A stretch of 57,548 nt of DNA, counting the filler, from Catajapyx aquilonaris (taxonomy: Eukaryota), in the NCBI GenBank assembly GCA_000934665.2. It is 3 parts of 3 records of this genome, joined end to end, with 100 filler letters (N's around TTAATTAATTAA, not from the genome) between each part and the next. Parts side by side here need not be neighbours in the genome. Positions count along the whole stretch, not along the records: positions 19,193 to 38,288 come from JYFJ02006531.1; positions 38,389 to 57,548 come from JYFJ02006532.1; 1 more part is not named here. One strand, given 5' to 3'. Below the pieces are notes generated by a model that was not told the DNA's origin, made no database searches, and saw nothing but the letters and a program-made list of their open reading frames with translations. A program made the position numbers and the translations under genes. This document shows, piece by piece, positions 35,320 through 50,025 of this stretch. Every line of letters starts with the position of its first letter. The first letter of the stretch is position 1.

Positions 35320-37099
35320 TAAATGATTGAGGTACTGTATCTGAACATCTCTCTCTTATCTCTCTTATCTGAACACACACATTCCCCCACCAAGTGTGTT
35401 GGTGTTGCTAACTTATTTGTCTATTATACCAATTGATTCTTACAGGCAACAGATTTCACCTTTTTTCCATATTTGATATTATACGTTCTTTTCAATATAC
35501 TTATCAGGCGTTTTCAGGTTTCCTGTTTTTTAAAATTAAATTTGTGCAAGTGTGATTTAACAATGGTATTCTGAGAAGCCTGTAGCAACTATTTGACAAG
35601 CAAGCGAATGAATGATGGTGATAATGCATGATGTTCATTGTATCGACAGATGTTGAATATCTGATTTAGTAATGGTAATAATGTGTGACTGCTTGTGTAT
35701 TTGGATCAATGAGAGAGACATCTAATGACAGATTTATACCTGTGTGGAGAGTAGAATGTAAAGGTCCTGTACGACAACATGACTTGCACTTTTTTCTACT
35801 GCGTATTTTTGTCTTCTCTTGTTGACAGTGTTACAAGAAGTGATGTGCGGAGTTATAATATGCAATTAAAATGATGTACATGACATTTAAATAATAAACA
35901 ACATTGCATGATTGAACTTGGATGAGGTATTTGATGGTGGGAATTGTTCCACTATCTAACCTTACCCCTAGAGCCAGATAAGTAATGGTGGTGCACTGCC
36001 ATAGGCCTCATTCCTAGAGGCCGCTAAGATGAAGCCATAGATGACATAATTATGCATGAGTGAAAGGGGAAAGACCTGAGTTTAGGATCAAACCAGGGAT
36101 CCTCGGGTCCATGGACACAGCGCTACTTTGTGTCCCCCAGGAAGAAGTTATGGACTCGATTCTCTGGCAATATATTTTAAAGAGAATCAGCAATTGACCA
36201 GACAATGGTAGTTGCTGTGATTGTTGCTGCCATTGGGTTGCTTGTCTTAAAACTGGTTGTTGGTGAAAACAATACAAAACGTTTCCCCCTTACCACTTGA
36301 ACCAGAGCACCTCTACCCCCTCTGGTCATTGTCTCCTTCGGGGATTGCTGTGAGATGGTGAAGCTGAAAGTACCAATGTGCTGCTGACAATGGAAGTTTA
36401 TGAATTAAGTAAAAATACTGGTGTGGCGTGCATAGATATCTATGGTGACGTGGTCTTTGCAAATGAAGCTTGAAGTGTGAGGATTTATAGTTGTGCTTTT
36501 CTCACCTGTTCAAAAGCAATGCATTGTGGAATATATGGAAATCAAGGAAGAGTTGCTGTTAAAGAGTGTTCTGTGACCTTTTTGGACATTCAAGTATACC
36601 TACTTAGCCAGTGGGGAACACACCGTCTTGTATCAACATTTGAAAAAGAACTGTCCCGTTGAGCGGGGTTGCTCACACGCCAGGATGAACGAAAAGGGTT
36701 CAGTTCATCCTGACATGTGGGCCGCCCGCTAGACACAGACCGTGGTAGTAGAGGCTAGGTGAGGTGAGGTAGGGTGGCAGGGTAAGCGCGGGGGGCACAC
36801 ACACCACTGCTTATCTCCTTGCCTCAAAGATAAAAGGACGGGAGGCCACATGTTAGAATCGAGTCGCTCAATGCATGCGTCCATATTATGAGCTACGCAT
36901 TGAAGAATGCATAGAATGAATAATTATGAATAGTAACAATAGAGCTAGGAGGATACTAAAGTTGAAGTTAATTTGACAGTTAACAGCTGAAATAAATACG
37001 ATCATACCTTGGATACGGTAGTGAATTTTTGTGGGGTCTGGTGAAAATTGCTGTCACTACGTTTATTCCTTACTTGGCGAGATGTGAATTTTAATAATG

Positions 37100-37368
37100 A
37101 ACCTGAGGGACTTGTGTGACCATGTTTGTGGATGAAAGGACATGGGGTACGGATATGGATTCTTGGGGAGGGAACATAGGTGCAAGTTCAATGTCGGTAA
37201 AGGGGTCTTGTGCTATTCCCCAGGAGGTTAGGTTGCCAGACACCTCCAAGGTGCAGGTCAGAGACCCTCCTGACGCAGGTGAAAGGAAAGTTCCCCAGGC
37301 GGGGATCGAACCTGGGGCCTTTCACTCAGCAAGCCGAGACGTTACCATCTCGGCAACCACATCTCCCC
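37100..37368 (-). mobile_element. tRNA-derived SINE family 3
   Basis: Minus strand GGGGAGATGTGGTTGCCGAGATGG..GGTTCGATCCCC head; body unrelated to families 1 and 2; 3' boundary approximate. Confidence 0.7.
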
Positions 37369-39060
37369 AACCCTGGACAATCAAGTCATTGACTGGTCAT
37401 TCAAGTGTAACTGGGGAAAGCAACTAATAAATAAGCGACATTATTACATGGGTATCTGGCTGTAACAAAGGGCAGCTAAGTAACTAGGAGTGAAAGGGCG
37501 AGTGAGTGGAAGAGAGGTGTTAACTCTCTTTGTATCTACTCTGCTGTATCTGCCTCCCACCACACAACGACGCCCCTTTGTTACTGGCATGGTACACTGA
37601 CTATAGTCTTCCCCAACACAACTGCTGCACGACTGTGCAACTCCACTTGCCCAATGCTCCAACCCAGCCCTCTTCCAACAATGCTAGCAATGCCAAGTAC
37701 GTGGCAATGAAACGCCAACAATGCCCTTTCCCTGTTCGAATCCGTGCAAGCAGGCACAACCAAAAAATCTATCAACTCACCAAACTAAAACTTTAATATT
37801 CTCCAAAAATTCTCAGCTTCTGGACTTCAACTGATTGTCATCCGCTAAAATGCTGCTTTTTGAACACCTCTACCTGGTTGGAATATTCCATGCTGTCATG
37901 TCTTGTTCACTATAATTTAACACTAAAGCTAATGCTTCTTTGTATGATTTATAAAACTTTCAGTGACAAGATATGAAGCGTGGGAGAGTACAACAACACT
38001 AGACTGAATAGACATGAATAAAAAAGTGAAAGAAATCTGGATAGTTAACAGTTCCATTACAGATCCAAAAAAAAAAGGTATGACCCCTTGCTTATGGGAA
38101 CATGACGAAATAATACTTCCAACTTTCATTGAAGCCCCCTCTTGTTCTTTATTTTTGGGAATGAACCACAAACGCTACGTGCTACTGTTAAAATCCGCAA
38201 AGGTACAAAATAAGACAACTCAGTATGTGTGGCTTTATCCTAAGGTTTACATGGAATACAAAAGTTTTCCTTTTTAGCGATGGCATGTNNNNNNNNNNNN
38301 NNNNNNNNNNNNNNNNNNNNNNNNNNNNNNNNTTAATTAATTAANNNNNNNNNNNNNNNNNNNNNNNNNNNNNNNNNNNNNNNNNNNNGGACATGATGTA
38401 TGCCAAGTTTGGTGTTCTCCGCATAAAGTGCAGTTTTCTTATGAAAAATGTTGCTTGCCTAGGCGACTATAAACCTGCCTTCCATATGATAAGACTTAAA
38501 ATTATGGTATGATATATTGTATTTTGTACGTAAGGCAGCTCCCACCCACTCCGGATACCCACAGCGATACTTGAACGCGACAGCGACATGACGCCAAGAC
38601 ATAAGAGTTGTCATGCCTTGCTTATGATAATTTCCGAGGTACTGTACCTTGTGTCAAATGCATGACATAAGTTATTACTAAGATACTGAAGACACCTGGC
38701 ATGTGTCCATTAGTGGAGTGGGACAGAAAGCAAATCTATACAATTCCCTGCTACATTAATATACACTAGGGATACATAGGACAACGACATAATAAAATAC
38801 TAAATCATATTTTACCTCACCTACAGTCTGTCTATATAGATACCCGAAAATCCTATGGTTGATTAGTGTAGATCGCACAAGTGTTGCCATGTGGTTCAGT
38901 GCGGTTGGAATATTTTAGGATTCTTCAGTATGCCTGGTAAAGTGCCTTGTATATTATTTCATGTTCTGTAGCATGGTAACAGTAATGGTATTGTTCAGTG
39001 GTATATTGTCAAACATACTTCGCCATAGATACGTAGGCTATTAACCAAGTACGTATATTA

Positions 39061-39522
39061 GGCGTATTCGGCAATTCAGATTTTTCTGAGATGCGTCACG
39101 TGATATCTGAGTTGTTAGCCCTGCCCCTCAGAAGATTATTGCCGAACGGCCGAACTGAGAGACCCCCCTACCCGCCTGTGCTGCATCCCAGTGATATGCC
39201 AATGTTCGGGTATTTCGGTGCCGGATTTCGGACGCTTGCGGGTAATGGTGCTGGTCAAATGAAAATGCGGGTAAAATCGGGTATTTTCAGGTCCTCTCGC
39301 GGGGTTTTGGGGCATTTTGCATTGGCAACACTGCTGCATCCATAACAATAATTTGTTTGTTAATTGTTTCTCAGCAAGTAAGTCAGGTCAGGAGTACACT
39401 AAGTTCCTGAGCTTGGGAAGTCAGGTAGGGCGCATGCGCACTTACTTCAGGGGGCGTGGCACCTGATTTGCCGAACATCCAAACTGCCCAGGAAGTCAGA
39501 TTTCTGAATTGCCGAATACGCC
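39061..39522. mobile_element. PIF/Harbinger-like MITE
   Basis: GGCGTATTCGGCAATTCAGA..TCTGAATTGCCGAATACGCC with T/A-rich flanks. Confidence 0.85.
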
Positions 39523-40164
39523 TATTATTTTGATAATGAAGTGTTGCAAAAATTAATGGTACCTGCGAATGAAACCTGTGAAAAACATGAGGGCTAGGGC
39601 AATGTAAGAGAAAAATAATATGGTCGCATTGTCATATGTTATTTATTTTCTACAATACCGCTACTACAACTGTAATATCACAGTCCATGTGTGTCACCGT
39701 TCGGTGGACGGAACTAAAATCGCACAGTTTGCAACCACGCTCTTGAGCCCAACACTTGACGTTCTTAATGACTGTACGTGACAGATCACATTCTCCTGTC
39801 TACAGGGCTCGTGAATGATATGCCTGTGCAAGTGAATTAAAAATACGCTTACTCTATAATATATTACATGCTGAGATGTGTATAAAACTGTATAATACTC
39901 AATTACTCATTATCGATTTAAAATATCCAGATGCAATTATATAAAGTTGGCCCTATTATAGGGCAGTCTTCGTGTCAAAGGACATGAGTCCAATTTACAC
40001 TATATCTTATTACCGCGTGAATGAATCGTTGCATCATGGCACTCTTCTGCATTACATTCGTAAAACCAGGAACACTGTCCCTTGCATTGAAACTATTGTA
40101 CAGGTATCAAAAAATAATGCCGCTCCACGACGAAGCGCGCGTTTTTATAAATATTTAAGCAACC

Positions 40165-43100
40165 TTAGTCGTTCCTCCGTAAGATGAATCGTCGGAATGC
40201 CTGTCGCACATTGAGAAAGAGTGATTCGGACTCCAGATCCGCCTGCGCCTTCCTCTTGAGCCATTGGTCCCTCAGCTCCGGGTCCTTTGGGCCCCACTCG
40301 TCCGTGTACTGGAACGACGCCTTCAGCTTCTGTTGAAAGAAATACCAATTTGCATTAGAAGGAATTCTTTCGCTTCTCTACAGCAGATATAATGCTACGA
40401 AAAATTGAATATATCAGGGTGCAGCAACTGTAAGCTGGATGTTATATACACCCCCATTGTCAAAATAAATTGAACGAAGAGTATGAGCACGAACCTCCCA
40501 GAGGCCAATCTGCTTTCGGGTGAGCACGGAATGAATGGCCCATATGGGAAGTTGCAAAATGGCCACTGCACTCAACATGCATCCGCCAACTGCAATGCAA
40601 GAGTACATATTTTAGTCCCTGGTTGTGGCGTGCAGCAGAAGTGTGCCACTTCTTGCTGATGATGGGCTTCTGGAAGACTTACTGATGGCTGCAGTTGGGT
40701 AGGCAATGTCGTTGTATGTAGGCAGTTCCATTTCGACGAATGAGTAGACGAGGATGGAGATAAGGCTTATGGGAATGATTCCGCCCCAGCACAGCTTCCA
40801 GTAGAAGGACACCTTGATGTTCAGCATGAACTCGACGTCTAAGCAGAAATTCCGCAGGCCGTAGATCCAGCAGATGGCGATAACCTCCACTATGGTCATG
40901 ATGTAGATGACAAACGTCACTCCAAAGTGGTCCACCAGGTTCAGTACGTATTGGCCTCCCTAAATATAGAATTATTATTATTATGAGGAAGTCGTGTTGG
41001 TGAAATCGAGATATGTTGAAATCATACTGTGTATACTAACCGGTGTAATGTAAAAGTGGCCCAGTAGGTAACCACTAATGCAGATGGCAAGTGTGACAAC
41101 CCATCTTTTCCAGTTAGGAAATTGGTCGCATATAATGGTGATGATGCACGAGACCAAAGACACTGCGCTGCCAACTCCCAGAGTGAACAGCATCAAGAAG
41201 AAAAGGACTGCAAACAGCTGCCAAGGAAAAAAATTCATAAGATATCAAGGCTAAACCACTTAATTACAAAGCAGTGGACAGTGCCAGCAATGTAACTGTT
41301 CCATGTAGTATAGCTAATGTCGTAACACGGCATTGACTTGAAATCATATAAACTTACCTGTGGAACCACTTGGAACTTGGCGATAGCCTCTGGATATGAA
41401 ATGAAGGCCAGACCGGTGCCGTCATTCACCACATCCTCTACAGTAGTGCCTAGTTCATACGCCAAGTTTCCAAGGATGGAGAAGATGGTAATTCCAGCCA
41501 GCAAACTAGTGCCAGTGTCAGTCAGGCTGATGATCAGAGCATCTCTTCAAGGAAAAAAAAGATACGATACATTGCAGTAAGGCCTAGAACATAAGCTGAT
41601 TCATTCATCTTTTGTTTTTTTGTTGCCTGCAGTACCTGTTAAGAGGGTGCCTGAATCCATTGTATGACGAATACATGATGATTGGTCCAAATCCCACAGA
41701 CAGAGAAAAAAAGGCTTGAGATACGGCCGCATACCATACCTGAAAAATAAACAAGCGTTAGGGACACTATTCATGCCGGATAAAAAATACAATCATATAC
41801 CTTTGCTTTGAGAAGCATGTGCCACTGCGGCGTAAGGAAGTAAAGAATCCCTTGAGAGGCTCCTTCCAGAGTGACCCCACGAATAAGAAGCGTGAAGAGC
41901 ACCACATAAGGGAAGAGAGCAGTAAAGTAGGCGACCTTCCCCGAGCTCTGCACTCCCCGGATTATAACCAGGAAGATGACCACCCAGGCAAAGAGCAGGC
42001 ACAGGCTCAGCTTCCAGTCCGGCATGCCTATCCCGTCGCTGATCCCGTCGTATTTGAACTTGAGCACCTCTTTCCTGAAAGCCGTCAAAGGAAACAAGGA
42101 TTTGATTTCACCTCTTCAAGATTTCACTTAACAACAGGGTAAGCTCTCTAGCAACTAGGAAGCTCCTACCCATACAATTGCGAAGGATGTATAATGTGTA
42201 AAAAAATTTAATTAATATTCGCAGTAAAACCGGTATTACATTTGCCAGTGCCAGCATATATACCATAAGTACTATTGTGTTAGAACCGGCTAAAGCCAGC
42301 CAGCCATCCAGTCTGAAGTAAACTTTGCTCATCGGACTATAGTGGACAGTTTCCTAGGATGTAGGAAATGTCCATCGTTGCAAACTCTTCCTTCCGGTCA
42401 GCCCAGTAGAGTAGCCTTTTTCCTCCCGGCTGGTCGCTGACTCCCTTCAGCTGTGTAGCTTCTCTAAGCTATAGTCCGAATCAAGGAGGAAGTACAAGGC
42501 TGTATGTAGCCGGAATAAAGAGATGGATGACGTGAGCATTGTTCGCCTCGAGGTCACAGGCGACAAGCTGTAGCTGTCGACAGGACTGAATCAAGCAGAA
42601 TAAAGGCCAGCCGGACTCAGCTCGGACTCAAAGGAAGCTCCCTTCTGGCTTTTATGGCCCACTCACCATCCTTACATCCAGAAAAAAATATTATATATCG
42701 GACAGGGGCGGGGGGGATAAAAGAGCGGAAATATGCACAGGGAGTAAAACAGTCCGGAATAATATAATAAAAAATGAAGTTCAGTGCCATCATACCATTT
42801 CAGGTATAGTTGGGACCTTCCTGGAGTGTCCGTCGAAATGAGGAGGATGCAGCCCTTTTTTTCATTTTGCTATATGTATAAGGTCCGAGGTCAGAGTACT
42901 TGGAAGGTGCAGCTTGGCAGCTGCTGTAGGTTGCTATCGCAACGAGGTATTGTCCTCTACCTTGCAACAAGGAAATTATTACAGGCACGGCTCTTCTGCT
43001 CAATTCATTCGTCTCTTTATGACTTCGAACCTTAGCTTTTTATCAGGCATTACGTGAATAATAAAAATGCTGGAAGAGCGTATTCTCCATGAGCGGCGGA

Positions 43101-46100
43101 AACATTTCCTTCCTGAGTGGATAATAAAACACCTGATAAGTTATAAAGTGCCCAAGTTATTTGTAACATTGTAGCAAGTCATAAATGCGTGTAATTCTGC
43201 ATAATTATCTTTGTGAACCTAGCTACTCAGACACCATTGTCATTAGCTACAGATAGTATACTATTAGCGAGCGGTTTTAATTTGAAAATGGAAGCCTTCA
43301 GAGTCAAAAAATCGCACAAAGGCAACTTTGATCCATAAGTATTAAATGCCAGTTGAACCTAATTAATTACGGCGCATCGTGTACTTTCCAGTTTTGCTAT
43401 ACATTCAAGAGAATGCAAAAAAAATTATTCTTTGTTCTTCCCCATTATTTTGGTCGAGGTTAGGATTAATGATGGATTCTGTTTTCCTGCCGTCTCTGAG
43501 AAAGTTGGTGGATCCTATACAGCGGATTTTCCTTATTTGGTGTTTGAAGAAACAAAATAAAAGAAATGGATCAGAGATGACGTCCGCCTCTGGTTTAGGA
43601 AGTTGCGGTAAAGAACTGGTGGAGCTCTACTTCCTTATCCTGCTTTATGCGTCCGCAATTAGGAAAGAGGATTGCATTCCTCGCCTTCATTCAAGGGCGC
43701 TATACCAGTCCTTCCTGACAAGGAAGATAATATGAAGAAATCCTCAAACTCGTGACCATTACTTGTGCCTCAGGCCACCTTTTTTTTCTCTCTTCCTATT
43801 GGACCGATTATTCCTCTTTTCTCCCGGAAAATGCAGTGCACCACACCCTGTCTGCATGCATCTTACCGGCACTTTCCCAAACACGATCCATCATTTATCT
43901 GCACATTTCCGTCCACTCCAATTTGCAATATTTTCCAGCACCGCAACCGTGGCCGAATGAATCCATCCATCTATAGCCCATGATTGTTTCACGGTCTTTG
44001 AGCATCCTGCATCCTCCCAGCCTTAGGAGGGCAGGTACTGGGTATCATGGGCATGGGCACCAATACTTGCTCGCTCGAATACTCTCTCTCAAATTGAATA
44101 ATGTGATTAGCTCAGAGGCCGTTCTGATAACATTAGCATGGAACGAGGGTAAATCACATTCGAGGCGGCCAGCACTAAGGCAGGTGAGACTTTGGCAATA
44201 TATATTTAACGGCATGCTCCACCGACAGATTTGAGCTTGCAAAGTAGATAAACAGGAATGCAACTGGGTGAGTGAAGTAGGGCTTTGGGGTGGAAGTAGG
44301 GGAGGGAATAGGCAAAGTACGGGAAGAAGGGGGTGGAGGGGAGAAGAGTAATTTGATAAATATTAATGAGATGGTAGCAGGAAGGGCGCGTCCACAAAAA
44401 AAAGGCTCCGATTTGCAGTCTGAATGAGTCCCTAGGGGGCCTTTCCCCCCCTCCCTTTCCAAATTTGCAATAAGGAGGAAGTAGGAGGGGGTGGGGATGG
44501 GAGGACGTCATTAATTTTGCTTCCTCTCGGCGCAATTACTTTTCATGAAAAGTCAGGCGGAAAATATTATTATTCTCATTCTAGGGGCAGCCCAGCAGAC
44601 AACAGATTGGCGCAGGCGCACTTACTAATAACAGAAAGTTGGTACATACAGCAGTGTACCGCAGACATCTATAGTGCTAAAGTTATAATCAAATGCATCA
44701 CAAATGAATCAGCCAGTATTAGAAGTTGACAAAATGAGATTCGACCAATGTACAGTTAGGAACTCGCAATACTCAAGAAGTGCGAGGCGGACAGACAGAG
44801 ATGGAAAAAAAAAGTAAAATGCGAAAAATAGCGAACAATGTAAGCGAAGTGGGAGAAAGCGGGCGTGATTGCAAGGAACTATAGCTACACAAGAGCTATT
44901 TGCATAGTAATTCCGATTCTCCGCTCGGAGGCTTCCTTTCCAGCCTGGATTCTCATCATCATCTTAGTCGTGGGCAAACTCTTCGCATTACTTTTCCCGT
45001 GTGCGCCTCTTTCCATCGACAGTATAAACTCATATCCCTTTAGTTTGGTTTTATATCGTCAGATAGGGGCTCGTTGCTTCTTATTCCGATCAACTTGTTT
45101 CAATAACCTTCCATCTCCTCTAGCAATTTGCGCCGTCATGCTGCTAAATGGATCGGGGCTCTGCTCGAGTTTCGAAATTCGATGACTTTGTGACAATGCG
45201 TGTTATCTGCACTGTGAGATATATGCACACTGTAGACAGGTGCCAGGTATCAGGACGAAACGCCAACTTCAAACACTATTACGGCATAATGTCATCAGGT
45301 ATGACACACATCTTTCCCTCCACCACTCCCTCTTGTCAAGCATGATCCCTTTGTAATCATGTGAAACAACAAAACACTCCCTATTGTTACAGTTCGGTGT
45401 GAGGATAAGTCACGTGTAATATTGTTCAAGCGAACTAGTTTAAGGCCAAAAGAGCTCATATGTGTCAATAATTTTGTCCTCATCTCTCAAGATTACAATC
45501 GCGTCAAGGATTATGATTGTACACCTGCATGAACACGTCATTCAAAACAATGAGCTCATTCTAGCACCTTTTTTTCATGATATTAAAAGTGACATACCGA
45601 ACGTCTGACATGCCGCCATTTGTGTGGAATATTTATTATTCCATCAAAATGCTTATGTGTGATATTACACGTATTTAGACCCAGACCGAATTGCCGTCTA
45701 AACTCGAAAATAAAATTTACTGAACTCACCTAAAGAAATTCTCCGAATTGCTGACCCCCTTAAATGTGTCGGAGACTCCAGTGGTAATATTAGATGTAAC
45801 GCTGTAAAGGTCGATGTCTGAAGAATTGTCCCAGACGACGCCGCCTGTTCTGTTTTCATCGGGACACGGGACGTTCCAGTTATGGTCGCACACAGTCCAA
45901 GGAAGCTTCGCAGCAAACGAGGCGAAGAAGTAGTAGACGGTGAGGGCCATCAGTGAGCAGTAGTAGGTGAACACGACAATTGTGCCCAACATTTGACCAT
46001 ATCCAAGACCTGCGAGTAATCAAATAATACATATTTAGCATCTACTTGCTTCGTCACAGTCATAATAATATGCAAATATTGCAATCAAGTAATTATTTCT

Positions 46101-49100
46101 GAAAAATGCATTTTTATTCTAGGAGGAGAATCGTATACAAGAGTAATGTACTTTAATCTGACCTTTGACAAATGGCACGACCTTCCAGACCTTGACGGAG
46201 CCAAAGCTGGAGAACTGCCCCAGAGCCAATTCCAGAAAGTAGAGTGGCTTTCCGATGAAGATGAGTACTAGAAGGTACGGGATGAGGAAAGCCCCGCCAC
46301 CATTCTCGTAGGCCACAAAAGGGAAGCGCCAAACGTTGCCCAAACCCACCGACAGGGCAATACACGAAAGCAGGAATTCCACTGGGCTCCCCCACTGATC
46401 TCGAGAGTTCTGCTGCTGGTCATTCTCATCCTTCTCTCCTCCAACCCTTCCTTCCTCCACCTGAAAATGACAATATTGATAATAATTCAGGACTCAACCG
46501 CTCTATATTAATCGCATGTATTATATCACTCCATCTTGAAATACAGTGTGCGACATCAATCACGCTAGAGATCGACGAACCTGAGTTTCTGAGATATAGG
46601 GCTATTTCCACACAGGCACCTTATCTCCCTGATCATCTAATAGGCACACAGCAGTGCCTGCCTTTCTTCTTGCCAGTGTTCCTTCAATCAATGCCCAGTG
46701 GCCAGGAGGTGCATATTCATTACCAATTAATTCATGAAATATCAAGGGAATACCGACACAGGGGGATGTGTAACCTACTTTAGCCTAATTATACTGGGCT
46801 GCATTGTTGAGCTTACTCGTAGACCCTTGTGATGCCTGTCACAGAGGCTATACTTCAGAATAATACTTCAGCAGTAATTTGATTCCTTTGCTACTCCAAA
46901 TCACCCGTGCAGTTTTTTAAATTGTTGATTCTGTATATATGCTTATTCTGCACTGTAATTAAGTGCCTGGAGCAGGCTCTTTCGTTCCACGCACATTTTA
47001 GCCCGCGGCAAAGGTATCAATAAAACCGCAATTGACATAGACTATGGAACTGCTCTAGTGCCCTTTTATTAGGCAGAAAGGGTATTATTTTGAATCTCAT
47101 GCGAGCCTGCAACGTTTAAGCCTTCTTATAAGACCTCATTTCGAGGCAAAAGCACCGAGGGCGGACACAAACGCTGTTCCGTTGTGTACTTCAAGTTTTT
47201 ACATGATTATGTGATAATGATATATTGCCACCTGCGTTGAACGTGCGAGGTTGGTTGCACAGACACCCCGTTAGAATACAGGCATGCAGGGCTGCACAGT
47301 GTACGCAATAGTCACATGTTCAAGGTAAGAAATGATGTGCAGTCTTGCACATCCGCGTGATCAAACTGACTTTCCAAGAAATAATGAACAGTGGTAGAAT
47401 TTCTTTGCAATCTCCTGATCAATGCTAATTAATTCAACCTGTTTTGCTTTTAAAAACAGCTGGTAACATTGGCACAAGCACTGAGACGACATTATCCTGA
47501 CTGCCACTCAATACCGCTACACCTGAGCCTATTATTTACACTCTTCATTATATTTTCTTCGTACTGCATGAATTGTACTGAACATCGTTGTAGTAATGTC
47601 TCATTTGAGTGTCATTTACCTGTGACCAATGGCGTTTTTAACAGCACATAGGTGTAACTAATCGGCTTACTTTTCTCTCCTGTCACATTTACATACTAGA
47701 AAAAGCTGTCAACGGATGTCAGTAACTTCAAATCATGAATAACCCTGATATACCCAGTATTTTTGTTCTACTATTGTAAAGAAAGTGACCTACATTATAA
47801 ATTGTTTAGTACTTGCAACTAGGAAGAATCATACAGGTGAAAGTTAGAATCATCATTTTTCATCAGATCAGTAGTAACAGCTGATGTTATTACACTATCA
47901 TAAATTTACAAAGTTTTCATTTGAAAAGGTGATGTACGGTACTCGATGCAATGTCAACGATGCATTCACTCATGTGGCTGTAACTGCCTGGAAAAATGTC
48001 ACAGTTCATATACTGAAAATATTTTGTTTCCTAACAATCGCAGGTGCTCATTCAACCGAAAAACGTCCCACATTGTTTGACTCCGAAAACATGATTAGTA
48101 TAACATTGATCTGTAGATAAAGTAGGTCTGCTGACTGCTGCCTAAAACACGTCTCGGTTTGAACACGTCCTCGGAAGCAACAGAATAAACCGGATATGTC
48201 CCTATCCAACCAATAATTTTCATTAGAGCGTACAGGGTCATTAGCAACAAGATACCAAGGATACGCAAAACCGCGGAATCGCACAACTTTTACATTCCAT
48301 CCCCCCTGCTATGCGCTTGATTGCTCCAGCTCACCTGAGCGACTTTATTTGAAGACAAGGGCGGCGCCCGGGACTCCCGGTCAGAGGGCATAAAGCCATG
48401 TCTGGGCATCTGGGAATCCTCCACAAAAGCCGGGTTGTCTTCACCCGGCGCATTGAACGTGGAGTACTTTCCAGCCTGAGGGAAAAAATGGTATGATTAT
48501 ACACGCTGCTTCAAACAACAAAAAACAACAATGGCGAACACCTCCCCTTCCAAAAAAAAGAGGTCAAATGAGGCGGGAAAGCCCGCTCTGGAGGGAAATG
48601 GACAGTGGTGCACGTAGGTAGGTCACGGCAGCATGAGTTGCGTCACAGCCAACATAATGGCAAGTGGCGTCATTCCCCCCGAAGGCATACCTTTCATGTA
48701 CGGGGCAACGAGGTCAAACCATTTGCATGCCCACCTGCTGTTTGCATCCAGTGCTAACTGGATGCACTTCTTTTTTGCAACTCCTCAACAATTGCCGTTG
48801 CTTGTTTACCACTGCCAACAATATATGTGTGGACCATCCGTTCCAACCGGTATCTCTCAAGGCTCGCAGATTTCTCTCCCATTCTCTCCTTTCTTCTCTC
48901 TTTCCCTTTGTGGTCTAGGGTGCCTGCGACCTGCCCGAAGCTGCATTTGCTCAATCTCCCATGCCAGCAGAAAACGGGGACACTTGACCGACACCCGCCT
49001 AGAAAAGGCACCCTTTGGAGCTAATCGAGTGCATTCCTCATGTTCGACCCTTGGCATGCTTTTAAGCCTTTACTTCCACCCTAGGAAACCGTTCCATGAC

Positions 49101-49862
49101 TGACAACTTAAGTGCGGTCTAAGAACATTGTTGACTATATGAGGGACCATGGTGGACACGCTGTAAAAATGTTTGCCGCATGATTGGACGAGGCCAGCAT
49201 GGAAATTAAACTTGTTCAGAGAGATAGTCTTTGGCTAACCTTCAAGCTAACCTCACAGTGTTAGTACTTTCGCAAGGTCAGTCACTAGAGGCTGTGTTAC
49301 CTCTTACTATTATCGGCCCAATTTGAAAATGGAAAAAAATGAAGAAAAAAAATTGCAATTTCATGCTGCCCGCCTGTTCTTGATGCTTTCCTTTATGAGG
49401 TTCATTCCCCGCTGAATATGTCGATATCGTGTGGCCAGGGCTGTAGGTTGACGTTTAGAAAGGGAGAAAAATCCATCACAATAACTCGGTCATTCTGGCC
49501 AACGAGAAGTGCTGTCGTAAACACGCGTGGGTAGTAGTTTGCCTCGGACCGCAGATATAAAACTAGCAGCAACCATGGACCTAACTATGGTCAAGTTTGA
49601 AATTTGGAAAGAGAGAAACACCCACCCAATTCATCAACTAGTTATCTTAACAGCCCTCTTTCAAATTGTCACTATCTGTAAAATGACTGAAATGTAGTGA
49701 GCCACGACTGGAATAATGTACCATTCGTCCCGCACAGCTGACTAACTGGGCCTAAAGTACCGAACTTTCGGAATGCAGGTGAAAGGTACTATTTTCAGAA
49801 GGCTAGTCGTAAAACCAAGTACATACCAAGTAGTTGAGGTCGTATTCATCCTTGTACGGCAT
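40165..49862 (-). CDS. SLC6 sodium-dependent nutrient amino acid transporter (NAT1-like), ~677 aa
   Basis: Exons 49862-49827, 48475-48335, 46460-46163, 46009-45730, 42074-41801, 41739-41636, 41544-41358, 41217-41041, 40959-40683, 40589-40495, 40329-40165 join in frame (2034 nt). Motifs: [52 protein letters not shown]. The first two exons are less certain. Confidence 0.92.
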
Positions 49863-49959
49863 GACTGCTATGGGTGCTAATCCAGAAAAGTTGAGCAGGC
49901 GTCTTCGTCGTCGTCGGTAAAATGGGGGGTGTGTATGACAGGCTAACTGACGAGTGAAT

Positions 49960-50025
49960 GAACGTTGAGTGACTGACTTTCCGTAGCTTTGAGACCTGTC
50001 TGTCTGAGAAAGTCACGTGAGCAGG
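49960..50025 (-). promoter_or_regulatory. Putative SLC6 core promoter (Inr TCAGTC; E-box TCACGTGA)
   Basis: Arthropod-type Inr TCAGTC on the minus strand at ~49971-49976, ~110 nt upstream of the proposed ATG; GTCACGTGA at 50012-50020. Confidence 0.45.

Noticed and set aside
35960..36140. Degenerate B-box-like SINE head on the minus strand (similar weak signal near 53040-53095)
   Set aside because: Too decayed to assign boundaries or family.
48633..49103. 156-aa plus-strand ORF and 10-bp hairpin (48743-48766) in SLC6 intron 1
   Set aside because: No recognisable homology or splice support; consistent with chance.
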